A stretch of 63,083 nucleotides of DNA, filler included, from Collodictyon triciliatum (GCA_043381765.1; 6 parts of 6 records of this genome joined end to end with filler, not necessarily neighbours in it); one strand, 5' to 3'. Positions 47,801 to 60,773 are shown, counted from the first letter of the whole stretch. Program-made: numbers and translations. The notes: a model not told the origin generated them from the letters alone.

Positions 47801-50800
47801 TTGTGAAGGTGGAGAAAAAAAATGTCTTCTGGGTTATTTCTACACATCTTCCCCCTCTGAAATTTGGCTCAAAAGTATATATATTTGTTGCACCCACATA
47901 TAACGGTCAAATCGTGTCCAACGAAATTGAATTAGTTGTAAGTGTGACCGAGTCTACAATAGTGAACTTTCCCCAAATATTGGTTCACCAACCATCCCCA
48001 GACTCCCTGGTGACATCGCTCTCATTTAGGGCAGAGCATGGCGGGAGTATAATTTTTTCTTGCATTCCAAGAAGAGGATACTTCAAGGATTCAAACAACA
48101 GCAGTATTCGACTTCTTGAAGCAAAGCGTATCGGGTCATATGAAACAACCTTCATTTACCATCCTCAGTTTAATGTGAATGGACATAATTGTGATGCATT
48201 TTGCTTTCGAATTTTTGATGGGAAGGGCTATTCTGCAGAGAATATCACATTTATAGACATTCCAAAGCCAAATTATGCACCAAAACTGAACTACATGCCT
48301 CAGATCACTTCAGCTTGCAACGAAGATACTGACACTCATATCATTATTGAAGATGAGGATTTGCATTCATTGAGCTTTGTATTTGTAAAGTTACCATCTT
48401 GTTTAACTGTAAAGTACAACTATATCGAACGTCAAAAATGGATGGACCTAAAAGAAAATTTAATAATAAGTATTCTTCATCCTGTTATTGTATTTAGATT
48501 AAGATCCACATCGCAATGCTTGCCTATAGAGAAAATTCTATTTAAAGTTAGCAAAAGGGACGAAAGTATCATTGGAACACTAAGTGCTTATACTAATTGC
48601 GCAAGTGCTGAAACGGAACATTATTCCAGAATCTTGAACATAGACTTTGACAAAGAGCCTACAATAAACTCTTTTGAATCTCAAAATAACGATAATATGT
48701 TGAAGAAAAATATGATTCAAAATCATGATAATGTTAGTGAAAAAGATATGAAAATTTGTTGGACCACTCAAATATCAAAGAGGGATTCGACCAATATGAT
48801 TCACGCCAAGAAGATTATTCAAGATAAAGAAATGAGTCAACATGAAAACTATCATATCCTTTTCACTGGCGAAGGGGGAAAAAAGCCAACACATCTTCAT
48901 ATTAATAGCAAAAACATAAATTCAAGTTCAACCAAGCATCAAAAGTATATCAATAATTTCTCAATTATACCAAATGTTCAATCAGTGACCATAGGCGTAA
49001 CTTTCACAGTCAGCATTTATGTACGCACAATTAATACACTACAGAATATTAGTGTGAGTTACAGGATTCCGAGAATTTTGGAGGATGAGGGCTGTTTGCA
49101 CGGGATACAATTGATTGAGTCGAATAAAACTTACCACTACAACATTATTCCAAGCAAATGGATTGTTAAGTGCAAAATTCAAAGTAAATGGGAGCCGTAT
49201 ATAAAGGATTTGAGAGGCTTTCATTTTGGTGTCTGTATTAAAACAAAAAACCAACAAATGACCTGCAAAACATCAGTCTTGAACGTTTTTTCGTCAGTTT
49301 TGGATCCGTATTCAACAAATTATGGCTTTGTTGCCATGAATGAATTTGGGGTTGGGAATATTAGTGTTGTATCAAACGGATTTCTTCACGAATCAATCAA
49401 AATATTAGGTCAATCAAATTGCTTTTTCATACGAAAACATGATGCAACATACTACCAGAAACTTACTCTATGGCATTACTTCTCATCTGTTATACATCAG
49501 AACGTCTCATTGGAATACAAAGCAGAGTGTAATCATCTAGTAGCTGATCAATTATCTGAAGTCAAAACCAAAACTTTACTATTGATGACATATAAAATTA
49601 AACAAGCTAAATTTTACAGAGTATATTCATTGAACTGGGATGCATATTTTAAAAGTCTGAACTCAAACGAGGAAAAATCGGTAAACCATATCCTTCCCAG
49701 GTCATTACAAATCTATGATAATGATGGACATGACGATTTTTTTGTTTATTTGGATAATAAGAGATATACGAATCTTGTAGAAGAAAATGTATTCTGTCGT
49801 GTCAACTTTTTGCAACCAAAGAAAATCGTCTTTAAGTTTTCGGATGAAGAGTATATTACATCCATCAATGAGCACTTTTTTGTGATTAAAAAAATACCCA
49901 CTTTTGGAAAATTCTTTGATAAATGGGGGAACTTGATTTCATCCAACGACCGCATAAACGAAGAAAACGGATATGCTTTTTTGTGGTACCATCCCAACAA
50001 AACATTTGAGCTTCAGAGAAATGATTCTTTTACGTTTTATGTTGGCCATGATGCAGTAGTAGGAGCTCAAGAGCAATATATTGTTTTTTATGTTTCTAGT
50101 AGCATATTACCACCTGTCCCCGCGTCATATGGACCTCTTGTCGTTGACGAAAGCAGTACTGATATCCCATCTAGGACTGAAGATCTACCGACTTTGAAGA
50201 TTTCACCAATAGCGAACTCAACCATTCAGGATAACTTGAAAATAGTTTTATCCTCTATACCTGACAGGTTGAAAGGAGTTTTAATATTGAATGGTAAAAT
50301 TTTGACCCACGTGGATAGTAGCAAGATGTTTCCGGCTGGCTCTTCAGTTTCCTTTTGGCCAAATAAATATTTATGTGGTTTAAGTTTTGCTGAATTCACA
50401 TATACTTTGAAAGATATATCATCCAAGTTGGATACCATCGTTTCTATTCCTATACATGTTAGGTGCATAAATCAGAAGCCTCAGGTAATATCATTCACGC
50501 TTTCATATTAATGCTAATTTAAATAATTTTTATTGTTCAATCTGGCCGTTAGTTCATTTGATATAACATGGTTTTTTCTTTTTTTTTTCTTTTTTTTCTT
50601 TATTTCTTTTTTTCTTTTTTTTCTTTTTTTCTTTTTTTCTTTTTTCTTTCTTCTTTTTCTTTTTTCTTTTTTCTTTTTTCTTTTTTCTTTTTTCTTTTTT
50701 CTTTTTTCTTTTTTCTTTTTTCTTTTTTCTTTTTTCTTTTTTCTTTTTTCTTTTTATTTGAGCTTTGTGAGAGTTGGATAGTTTATTTTGGTTTCATCTC

Positions 50801-51871
50801 GTTAACTGCAAATGTAATTTGATAGGTTCTGACCAACCAGTTTGAAATTATCACCGAGGAAGCGCAACCAGCGAAACTTAACATTAAGCAAGAAGGAAAT
50901 TTTTTCGATCCTGACAATGACCGTCTATTTCTGATTATGGTTTCCTCCAAAAACAAAGGCTCTATAGAGGAATGCAATGCATCAAAGGCTCTGGGTTTTG
51001 GAAAGAGTATACGACCGAATAGTTTTCATCCTACTCAAACATGGTGCATAGAATACCGTCCAACTTTTGATCCTGACCAAAGGTCTTATGGTGAAAATTT
51101 CGACGTTATCGAGTTTGTTGTTTCAGACGGCCTTTTCGAAAGTGACATTCGAGTATTTGTCCTTGTGCATGTGAAATATAAAAACTTTCCTCCTGCGGGC
51201 ATAAGCACTCTTCTCCAATACGAACGAATTTCTCGCTGTCGGTTAGACTTGATGCAATATGTGAACGACCATGAAAAGGATCCTGTACATATTATCATTC
51301 AAAGCAAACCCAGTGATGGTTCTCTGTATCACCAAGGAAATATAATTACTCAAGTTCCGTACTGGATTACCCCAGACATGGAATCATCTTTCGAGTTCGA
51401 ATTGGCCGAACCTGTGGATACATTGACGTCATTTGAGTACATTCTCCATGATGGGTTCTCTTTTTCGCAGGTCTATGATTTACAACTAAAGATTACGGGT
51501 TACCAAAATCGGGCTCCCGTGCTCAGCCTAATTTCCCGCCAGTATGTCCAAGTTGTCGAGGTTTTGCTTGTATTATCAGCATATAATGAAATTTTATTTT
51601 GAATATGTGTATCTATCTCGGCTTACTGTTTTTATGGGTTTTCAGTTCGCTTTTATTTTATTCTATTTTATTCTATTTTATTCTATTTTATTCTATTTTA
51701 TTCTATTTTATTCTATTTTATTCTATTTTATTCTATTTTATTCTATTTTATTCTATTTTATTCTATTTTATNNNNNNNNNNNNNNNNNNNNNNNNNNNNN
51801 NNNNNNNNNNNNNNNNNNNNNNNNNNNNNNNNNNNNNNNNNNNNNNNNNNNNNNNNNNNNNNNNNNNNNNN

Positions 51872-51966
<95 letters not shown>

Positions 51967-53779
51967 GTATTTGTTTTGTTTTGTTTTGTTTTGTTTTGTT
52001 TTGTTTTGTTTTGTTTTGTTTTGTTAAAAAAAAAAATTGAAAAGTCCATCTTCAGGGCAAGATAAATCATTTGGAATATAACAGCTATTCGTGAATCAAC
52101 CGCGTAAATTATGATATTCTCCCTTACCAAATCCACTGTTTATAGGACCAATGGTCTGTGATAACGCTCAAAGGTGCCGACTTGGATAATGACGCTTTGA
52201 ACCTGATTTTTTTCAAGTACCCAGAACATGGTAAATTACATCATGTCAGACCAGGTGACATTGCCGGACGCGCTATATTAGAGGGAGACAGCGTCATAGT
52301 CTCTTCGTCTCAAAATATTAGACTCATCTACCAACCAACAGAAGCAACAAGTAGGCAAGAAGATGCATTGGGTTTTCAACTAAGTGATGGCGAGGCTCTC
52401 TCTAATACTATTACCATCCGAATTTCCGTATTACCGAGTTTGAAACCTCCTTCTATTCAAGTCGACCCTATATCTGTGGTTGTGGATGAGAAAAAATCTG
52501 TGTGTATTACAATTAAAGTTACTGGTTTTCAAAGACCTTATATCCAAGAGCTTATGCACCTGGAAATAACTGTGCTACCCGATGTGGGTACCCTCTATAA
52601 GGTGGCCACATGTTCCCAAAGTAAGTACAATATCGGCATTCACTTATTACCGTGCATGTTTTGTTTTTCCCTTTATTTTACTCAAAGTTTCTGTTTTTTT
52701 TTTTAATAAAAAAAAATCAGTAATATATTAAAATGATGAAATTGAATAGAAACGTGATGTAAAAATATTTATCATATTATGGAAAAGTATGTAATAATTA
52801 GAATTCTAACCATCTGCCTTCTCGAGTAGCAGAAGCGTCAGAGACCGTAAACAAAGCTCTCACTGCAACACCGTCGAACGACAAGGCCTTAGATGTGGGT
52901 CTGAGTGACCATTGGAGATCGGATATTGGGACAGCAACGTGGTTCTTTGTATTTCAAGCCCCAAAATCTGCGCAACACAATCAAAAAACGTTTCTGTTTT
53001 TCCGGGCGATGGACTATCGGAATGCCGAGAGAATCCAGCCTATGACCACCCCAGAATCCATGATTCCAATCCAAATCTGCCACAAGAACCAAGCACCCAT
53101 CATCAGTACAGTGTCGGCAGAGACGGCTCCTTCCAAATCCTGCCCGATCCCCAGGGACATATACGATTCTGAATGTGTCTCTGTCAAACAGGTTGGTCTG
53201 CTTTTGATGGGTCACATCGACCTCCGTCTCGAAATCCGCGACCCTGAGACGACAGAAATGCAATCAATGAGGTGGATGTTTCGGCCAAGCATCGGGCGTA
53301 TATCCATCGACCAAGCAAGCTTCCCGGAGCTGACGGGCGGCATTACAGAGACCTATGACGGAGACTGGACGGTACTAGAGGGTTCCATGAGCGCGCTAAA
53401 CTGTGCACTGCGTCTGTCTCTTGTGTGGGCGCATCCGGCAGATTCACAACAAACTCCGGAGCTTGCGTCTCTTCGAAAACTATGGATAACATTGCGGGCA
53501 TCGGACTTTGGCAATGGAGGGAGCGGAGGCCCTATGGTGAGCGAGTGGGCTGACTGGCCGGTTTCTCTTTGCCCAGGTTCATTTGCGAGTGCAGAACCGG
53601 TTGTTGTGTCTGGCTTAGAAAAAGGTGTGAGTGATGATAGTGATGTTATCCGTGATGAAAGCGCGGAGGAGACTCTGAATCTCATCCCCGCCTCAAATGC
53701 ATCGAGTTTTTTAGTGTGTGCTCTTGTTGTGTTGGGTGTTGCCTTCTGGCTGAAGAGAAATACGATGCGTAATCTGTGA
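41821..53779 (+). CDS. Giant (~3,600 aa) type I membrane protein with tandem bacterial-type Ig/cadherin-like (Big_9/tandem-95-like) repeats
   Basis: Four exons join in frame at GT-AG sites: 41821-50484, 50826-51560, 52146-52620 and 52830-53779. There is an N-terminal hydrophobic segment (LHLWFVMACLFFIAAP). Motifs recur throughout, such as EEDNRAYINITASDSDNDPMTLTITSLPVRGKL, VLPVNDPPVA, NHAPVI and VEDQWSVITLKGADLDNDALNL...PEHGKL. The C-terminal TM FLVCALVVLGVAFWL is followed by a short basic tail. Confidence 0.8.
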
Positions 53780-54397
53780 AAAAGAAAATAATGTNNNNNN
53801 NNNNNNNNNNNNNNNNNNNNNNNNNNNNNNNNNNNNNNNNNNNNNNNNNNNNNNNNNNNNNNNNNNNNNNNNNNNNNNNNNNNNNNNNNNNNNNNNNNNN
53901 NNNNNNNNNNNNNNNNNNNNNNNNNNNNNNNNNNNNNNNNNNNNNNNNNNNNNNNNNNNNNNNNNNNNNNNNNNNNNNNNNNNNNNNNNNNNNNNNNNNN
54001 NNNNNNNNNNNNNNNNNNNNNNNNNNNNNNNNNNNNNNNNNNNNNNNNNNNNNNNNNNNNNNNNNNNNNNNNNNNNNNNNNNNNNNNNNNNNNNNNNNNN
54101 NNNNNNNNNNNNNNNNNNNNNNNNNNNNNNNNNNNNNNNNNNNNNNNNNNNNNNNNNNNNNNNNNNNNNNNNNNNNNNNNNNNNNNNNNNNNNNNNNNNN
54201 NNNNNNNNNNNNNNNNNNNNNNNNNNNNNNNNNNNNNNNNNNNNNNNNNNNNNNNNNNNNNNNNNNNNNNNNNNNNNNNNNNNNNNNNNNNNNNNNNNNN
54301 NNNNNNNNNNNNNNNNNNNNNNNNNNNNNNNNNNNNNNNNNNNNNNNNNNNNNNNNNNNNNNNNNNNNACCACCACAAGCACCGACCCGTTTGGCCC

Positions 54398-56547
54398 TCA
54401 GTTCTTTGAGGAGCGAATGGGGTCGATGGAATCGAAGGGGCTGCTCACACGACTGGCCGATGCCTGGCGCCCTTGGAGGCCTCCCTGCGCGCTGTTTGGC
54501 CCTGCATTGCCTGGCGGACTATTTACTGAGTAGTTCATCTGCGGTTGGAGCTGCTGATACTGGTGTTGATGTTGATATTGATGTTGATGATATTGCTGCT
54601 GATACTGCACGTTTGGGTGATAGGAGCCGCCGTTGTAAGGCGTGTGATATGACGGTTGGTATCCCGGATAATTCTGCGATGCGGGCTGCATCATGGCGTG
54701 GAGATTCATGCCGTACGGGACAATGGCCATGGCCTGGGGTGGATAGGAGAAGCCGGGCTGCTGCTGTTGCTGCGCAGGCGTCGGGTTGAGGGCAGCCAGA
54801 GCCTCGTAGCGGTCGGCAGGCGTATGTTGTGTGTCGTATGCGCCTGCGCTCAGGCTGTGTGATGCCCCTGTGATTGCGTGGCTCAGCTGGGGCTGTGCTG
54901 ATTCGCTCCCGAGGAAGTCGTCCATGACCTGTGTTGCCTGGGAGCAAGTTGTGTGAACGGGAGAGCTCGTGTGCATGAGATATATGTGGAAGAGGAAAAT
55001 GGACAATCAAATAAAACAGTCCGCGCAGATGTGAGGGCGACAGAAGGAGACAGATACAGACATGATCGAGACTATATTGTAGAATTCAAGCAGCATAGCT
55101 TTCTAAGGGATAACACGCACTCCAGAGATAAAAACAAAACAAAACAAAACAAAAAAAAAATAGGAAACCTTTCCGTGTGACTTCTGTTTTGGAGAGGGTG
55201 TTTCCCATGCACTCTCAACCAGAAGTTCTTGTGCTGGGGGTAATTGCTTCGCCTTTGTGCTCGGTTTCTCCTTCGGTTCTTGTGTGGAGTTAAGCTTGGC
55301 TTTTGGCTTTGGCTCCGTATCATCAGAGGGCATTGATGTTGCAGTTGCCTTGGAATTGGAGGGCACTCTTGCTTTGGATTGCTCTGCGGTTTTCGGCTTA
55401 GGGGTTTCTTTAGCTTTTGCTTTGAATGTCTTTTTTTCATCCTCTGAGCTATCCCCTTCGCTTATAGACTCTTTTTGCTTCTTGCCTTTGCCATTTACCT
55501 GTATTTTTGACAAGGCTTTTGTGGTTTCCTGTACTTTCGATTTCTGGTTTCCCTTTTCCCTTTCAAACTGTTTGCCGTGTTTACTATCTTTGGATATTAT
55601 TTTGGCTCTGGCCTTTCCTCCAACTTGGACTCTGTCAGAATCACTGTCGCATTCTTCTTCTGATTCGGACTCTGATTCAGATTCAGATTCAGATTCAGAT
55701 TCAGATTCAGATTCAGATTCAGATTCAGATTCAGATTCAGATTCAGATTCAGATTCAGATTCAGATTCAGATTCAGATTCAGATTCAGATTGGGACTCAG
55801 ACTCGGGTTCGGATTCGGATTCGGATTCGGATTCGGATTCGGATTCGGATTCTTGTGCCTTTTTGGATTTGGATGGCATAGTTTTTTGAGTCGGTTTAGC
55901 TGTGCCCTTCTTGCTAATCGAGGTAACACTCTTTGTGGAGGATGCTTTTCTACTGCTCGTGGGCACAGCTTCGTCCTCGTCGGAGTTTTCCAGAAGCTTC
56001 AATATCTATATAAGGATTGGTTTAATTTTTCGCTTTAACGTGGAATTCGACGAGGGTGTGTCCTAAAAGGAAAAATGATTTTCCTAATTCTATATACAAA
56101 TGAAAATTTACTTTTTGTGTCTTCAGTCGGATGGATTCGTGCTTCAATTCTAAACACTCTTCAATCACATCAAGATGACTGCTAAATATCGATGTGTATG
56201 ATTCCTCGTCATACTTTATCAATGCCTCAATAGCATAAAGTGATTTCTGTATGTAAGTATGAGAATATTTCTGATTATTCGCGTGATGGCTATTTGGGTA
56301 TAATAAGGTGTATCTCAAAAAAAAAATGCATTCATACTAGACGGATTGATACCAAAGCTACTTACCAGTTGTGTTTCCCATACAATATCCTCTAAGTTAT
56401 ATGCGAGTGCTCGGGATACCTTCTTCTTATTTAATTTGTCACATTTCTTGCAGAATATGCGAAGGTCGTCCTTTAAAATATACGGGGTCGATGTGCCTTG
56501 GATCAAATCGTCGACAAGGATTCTTTCGGGCGTACTGCACGATAGAT
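54398..56547 (-). CDS. Tepsin/ENTHD2(MTV1)-like protein (VHS-like domain plus long disordered tail), 5' partial
   Basis: Spliced exons give [66 protein letters not shown]...[14 protein letters not shown], which matches the tepsin second (tVHS) domain pattern. An (SE)n tract, a K-rich region, a Q/P/Y-rich region and C-terminal [15 protein letters not shown] follow. Confidence 0.55.
55674..55851. repeat. Coding hexamer microsatellite (GATTCA)n/(GATTCG)n encoding (Ser-Glu)n on the - strand
   Basis: Lies within the open exon ~55169-56005 of the tepsin-like gene. Confidence 0.93.
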
Positions 56548-56664
56548 CTCATTCAACATGGTACATGACCAAATGGGGATATAGTTTGTATGTGAATGAT
56601 TTTTTATATATATTTCCTTTTCATGTGTGAAAGAGACGGGGGGGGGGGGGGGGGGGGGGGGGCG

Positions 56665-56764
56665 NNNNNNNNNNNNNNNNNNNNNNNNNNNNNNNNNNNN
56701 NNNNNNNNTTAATTAATTAANNNNNNNNNNNNNNNNNNNNNNNNNNNNNNNNNNNNNNNNNNNN
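56665..56764. other. Artificial scaffold spacer
   Basis: TTAATTAATTAA at 56709-56720 between N runs. Confidence 0.97.
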
Positions 56765-57019
56765 ATGTCTATGTCTATGTCTATGTCTATGTCTATGTCT
56801 ATGTCTATGTCTATGTCTATGTCTATGTCTATGTCTATGTCTATGTCTATGTCTATGTCTATATTAATTTTTAATTTTTATTTTATTATATTCATGTTTT
56901 CATACACTTGCCTTTTATTTTTATTTTTATTATTTTATTATTATAAAATGTTGCCGCATGAGACGAATGTAATTGGAAAAAACCCAATCTTCATTCTTGA
57001 AAGCTTTGTATTGATATAG

Positions 57020-57594
57020 CAAAAAGGAGGGAAATCATCTCTGCAGCGGCAGCGGCTGGAGTCTCTGCTGCTTTTAGTGCGCCGATCGGTGGTGTGCTGT
57101 TCAGTCTTGAGGTCTACAAATATTTGTTGTTAGAATTGCATACTTTTTTTCCCCTCTTTCGCCACTCGAATGGCTCTTAGTATTGAATGAAATGGGAAAT
57201 ATCCCATCTTTTAATATTTCACTTCTCTTAACTTATCTTGCACAGGAGGCAAGCTCATTTTTTCCACATAAGACAATGTTGAGGGCTTTTCTCTGTGCAA
57301 GTACAGCTGCAGTCGTGATAAGAGTATGTTTTCTTACCCACCATCCGAAATAAATTACTATTTAACTCAATTTTATACTTTCTGAACTATGTAGCATCCA
57401 TTTTTCATATGTATACTGTGTAATTTAAACATGTCATATGATTTATAGTATGTCAATCCATTTCATTCGTTCAAGTTTGTTCTTTATGAAATACACTACC
57501 ATACTCCGTGGTATTGGTTTGAGCTACCTTTCTTTATATTTCTTGGCGTATTTGGAGGTTTGATAGTTTTTTTTTTTTTTTTTTTTTTTTTTTT

Positions 57595-57628
<34 letters not shown>

Positions 57629-57746
57629 TTTTAAAAAAATTTTTTTNNNNNNNNNNNNNNNNNNNNNNNNNNNNNNNNNNNNNNNNNNNNNNNNNNNNNN
57701 NNNNNNNNNNNNNNNNNNNNNNNNNNNNNNNNNNNNNNNNNNNNNN

Positions 57747-57839
<93 letters not shown>

Positions 57840-57953
57840 GTCTTTCATAGAATAATGTGATATTTTCTTCATCGAACCAACCCCCGCCCTCAGAGTTTCT
57901 ATATCATGTATTCTTTTACTGTCTCTCCTGATGTATTGATACATTCCCTTTTT

Positions 57954-58036
<83 letters not shown>

Positions 58037-60180
58037 TTCTATATAAATGAAACACGATTTAGGTTCCTGCTGGGCTTTTAATTCCATCTCTTGCAATCGG
58101 CTCTTGTATGGGTCGGGTCGTTGGTATTTTGGCACAGAAATTACGAAAGTAATTATTGCATATTTATGTATAAGCCACACCACATTATGGATGCCATTTT
58201 AAACCTATACCAGGCAATTTTAAAGGCTGACGAAATCTTTCTATTTTTTTTTTTTTTATCAGTGAACATCATGAATCTGTATATTTTGCCGAATGTTTAC
58301 ATTCAAATTGCATAACCCCGGGTGTGTATGCCATGGTTGGTGCAGCAGCAACATTAGGAGGTGTTAGTAGAACAACAGGTATTTCAATTTATTCATGTTT
58401 TGACACGTTAATTTATTTCTCTCAATCCATCTTCTATTTTTCAATCAACATATTTCAATCCGAGAGAATAGAAATTGCATCATTGATCGCATTTTGCTTT
58501 TAATTAGTTTCTTTAGCAGTAATTATGTTCGAGCTGACAGGCGGTTTAGCATTTATGGTTCCTATTATGCTATCAGTGTTGGCCAGTAAATGGGTCGGGG
58601 ATGTGCTTTCTCAAGGGATGTTTGTAACTATTTCATAGAAAAAAGTTGTAAATAAAGGCATTCTCCCCCTCGCTGACGATATATATCTGGATTTATATTC
58701 TTTCGCTGCTTATTGGTTCAAATATCACATCATTTAAGATACGATGAAAATATTGAAATGAACGGATATCCGTACATCGACCCAAAGAGAGATGTTGTGG
58801 TTTCTCTCCCTTGTCGCCGAATTTTGCGTGGAAAGAATCTCTACGTTTGTCAGATGGAGGGTGACACATTAGAAACCTTGGGTAAATTAGTTTACATCTT
58901 TAGAAAAATAACAAATAACAAATAACAAATAACAAATAACAAATAACAAATAACAAATAACAAATAACAAATAACAAATAACAAATAACAAATAACAAAT
59001 AACAAATGACACAATCAACTCATTTTCTTTGTTACAGACTTTCAAATTCATTTTTTTTGAAAAGGACATATTCATGAAAAGATTTCCCTTTAATATTTGA
59101 TAGAAAATCTATTAAAGTCACATATGACCGTGTCTGATATAATTACGTGTACATGTTTTTTTTTGTATTTTCTCTGTGTCCCTCTATTTTATGTTAGACG
59201 GTATGAGCAAAAACTTGAGCGTCCATGGATTCCCTGTTGTGACAAATATAGTTGATATGTGTGTTATCGGCTATGTGTCACGTTCTAAACTGCGGAGAGC
59301 TGTTGGTTAGTGTATCTGTTTGAAGTTTCAGTTGAAAATATTAATATACTTATCTAATACTTTTAAGTATTATTATTGATTTTTGAAAATAATATGTTGC
59401 AACCAGGTGCTTCACTTATGGTTTTCTTGTGAATCAATTTTTGGACTGTATTGACATGTGAGTTGATGCTTTATGTCTAACCACAAACAAAAATTATAGC
59501 GAATGCGTCCAAAATGGGGTATGAGCCAGGGACGCTGTGTGTTTTTGAAAAGCAGCCTCTTGCTCCCTCCTTTCCTCCTTCTTCCTCTCTCTCATCATCT
59601 CCACCCACTCCCATTCCAACGTATATCAATCCAAGGACTTTGATTGACCTGAATTACATTCTAGACCCGGTTTGCATTCGTCTTTGAACACCATCCAGAT
59701 TTTTTCCATTATACACATTTTTGATATACTGCGACATATATATTTGGTCTTGGCGAGGAAAATAATAATAAAAGATCTTTGTTAATGAAGCAGTTCCGAT
59801 AAAAATAATATTTCTCATTGCAGGCACCTACAGTCGTCACGGACGGCACTCCCATCGGGCAGCTCTATTGTAGGCATTTGTAATAGTTGAATTCACTGTA
59901 AAACCGCATAATTTTACTCGCGATACAAACGAGCAAAATGACCAAGGGAATGTCGATTTTACCCTTGTAAATGGTTTCTGAAATGTGGGACCATTTATTG
60001 ATAACACGTAAAAAATAAAATAAAAAAATAGCCTTCTTTCAGAAACTTGGCATTCGCCTGGTGCTTGTTTTAAATCGAGGGAAGCTAATCGGAATCATCA
60101 GCAAGAAGGACATCATCGTCACCGCAGACGGACATCCGCGCGCTTTCATCGACGAAGATAGCGATGTGGAAGATGTCTAG
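57020..60180 (+). CDS. CLC chloride/proton exchanger, ClC-3/4/5 (Gef1)-like, with two CBS domains, 5' partial
   Basis: Exons give [36 protein letters not shown] (proton glutamate present), [67 protein letters not shown] and [18 protein letters not shown] motifs are GFPVV...IGYVSR and FQKLGIR...GIISKKDI. Stop TAG at 60178-60180. Confidence 0.92.
58906..59006. repeat. (AAATAAC)n heptamer repeat
   Basis: Perfect array in a CLC intron. Confidence 0.95.
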
Positions 60181-60650
60181 AAAGTTAATACAGAAAAAGA
60201 ACCTCAATAAAATACCATATCTAAATTATTTAAAATATCGAATGATATATGAAGGTTTTTCTGATTATTTTTTTTTTTTTTTAAAAAAAAAACTATGTAA
60301 AAGAACGAGAAAGGGTGTGCTGGAGTCGCACAGGCGTAACATACTTCACCCTGCCGTTCAATCTATTACTTTATCACCGAGCTCCCTTTTCCTCCCTTTT
60401 CCACATATGGATAGGGCAGATTTCTGTGGTCGATCCAAAGATTGTGAAAAAGCACCGATCGAAGTGTGGCTTTGCTTCGTGAATCAGATCGGCAGCCGCA
60501 GCGCAATGACCGCGCCGAATGGATCGCAACGCAGAGGCCGGAGACTTGAAAGCCGGTGAAGACTCTGCGCGATATAATAGTCACACAAGCATCTTCCTTT
60601 CCGGCTGCCCTTTGGTTCATTCCTCTCGACACCTGAAAATGCCACCCTGT

Positions 60651-60724
60651 TTATTTTTTCGCGGCGGGTTTGTGTTGCTTGGGCTTTTTACCTCTTGTTT
60701 TCGCGTCACTCTTCATTAGTGAGC
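60651..60724 (-). CDS. Probable terminal exon of an unidentified gene
   Basis: A T-rich tract and the acceptor tgcaag are followed by SLMKSDAKTRGKKPKQHKPAAKK*. The scaffold ends upstream. Confidence 0.25.
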
Positions 60725-60773
60725 CTTGCAAGCAAAAAAACAAAAAAACAAAAAAAACAAAAAAACAAAAAAA

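Noticed and set aside
41809-50511. Alternative genetic code or bacterial contaminant
   Set aside because: The 2,900-codon ORF is open in the standard code, genes end in TAA, TAG and TGA, and this gene has spliceosomal introns with host-type SSRs.
55257-55889. + strand ORF with (Ser-Asp)n resembling staphylococcal SD-repeat proteins
   Set aside because: It is the antisense shadow of the (SE)n exon; splice sites and flanking homology support the - strand.
60588-60610. SRP-RNA helix-8-like motif on the - strand (GGGCAGCCGGAAAGGAAG)
   Set aside because: It lacks the conserved CAGG/AGCA internal loop, and I could not trace an extended SRP fold.
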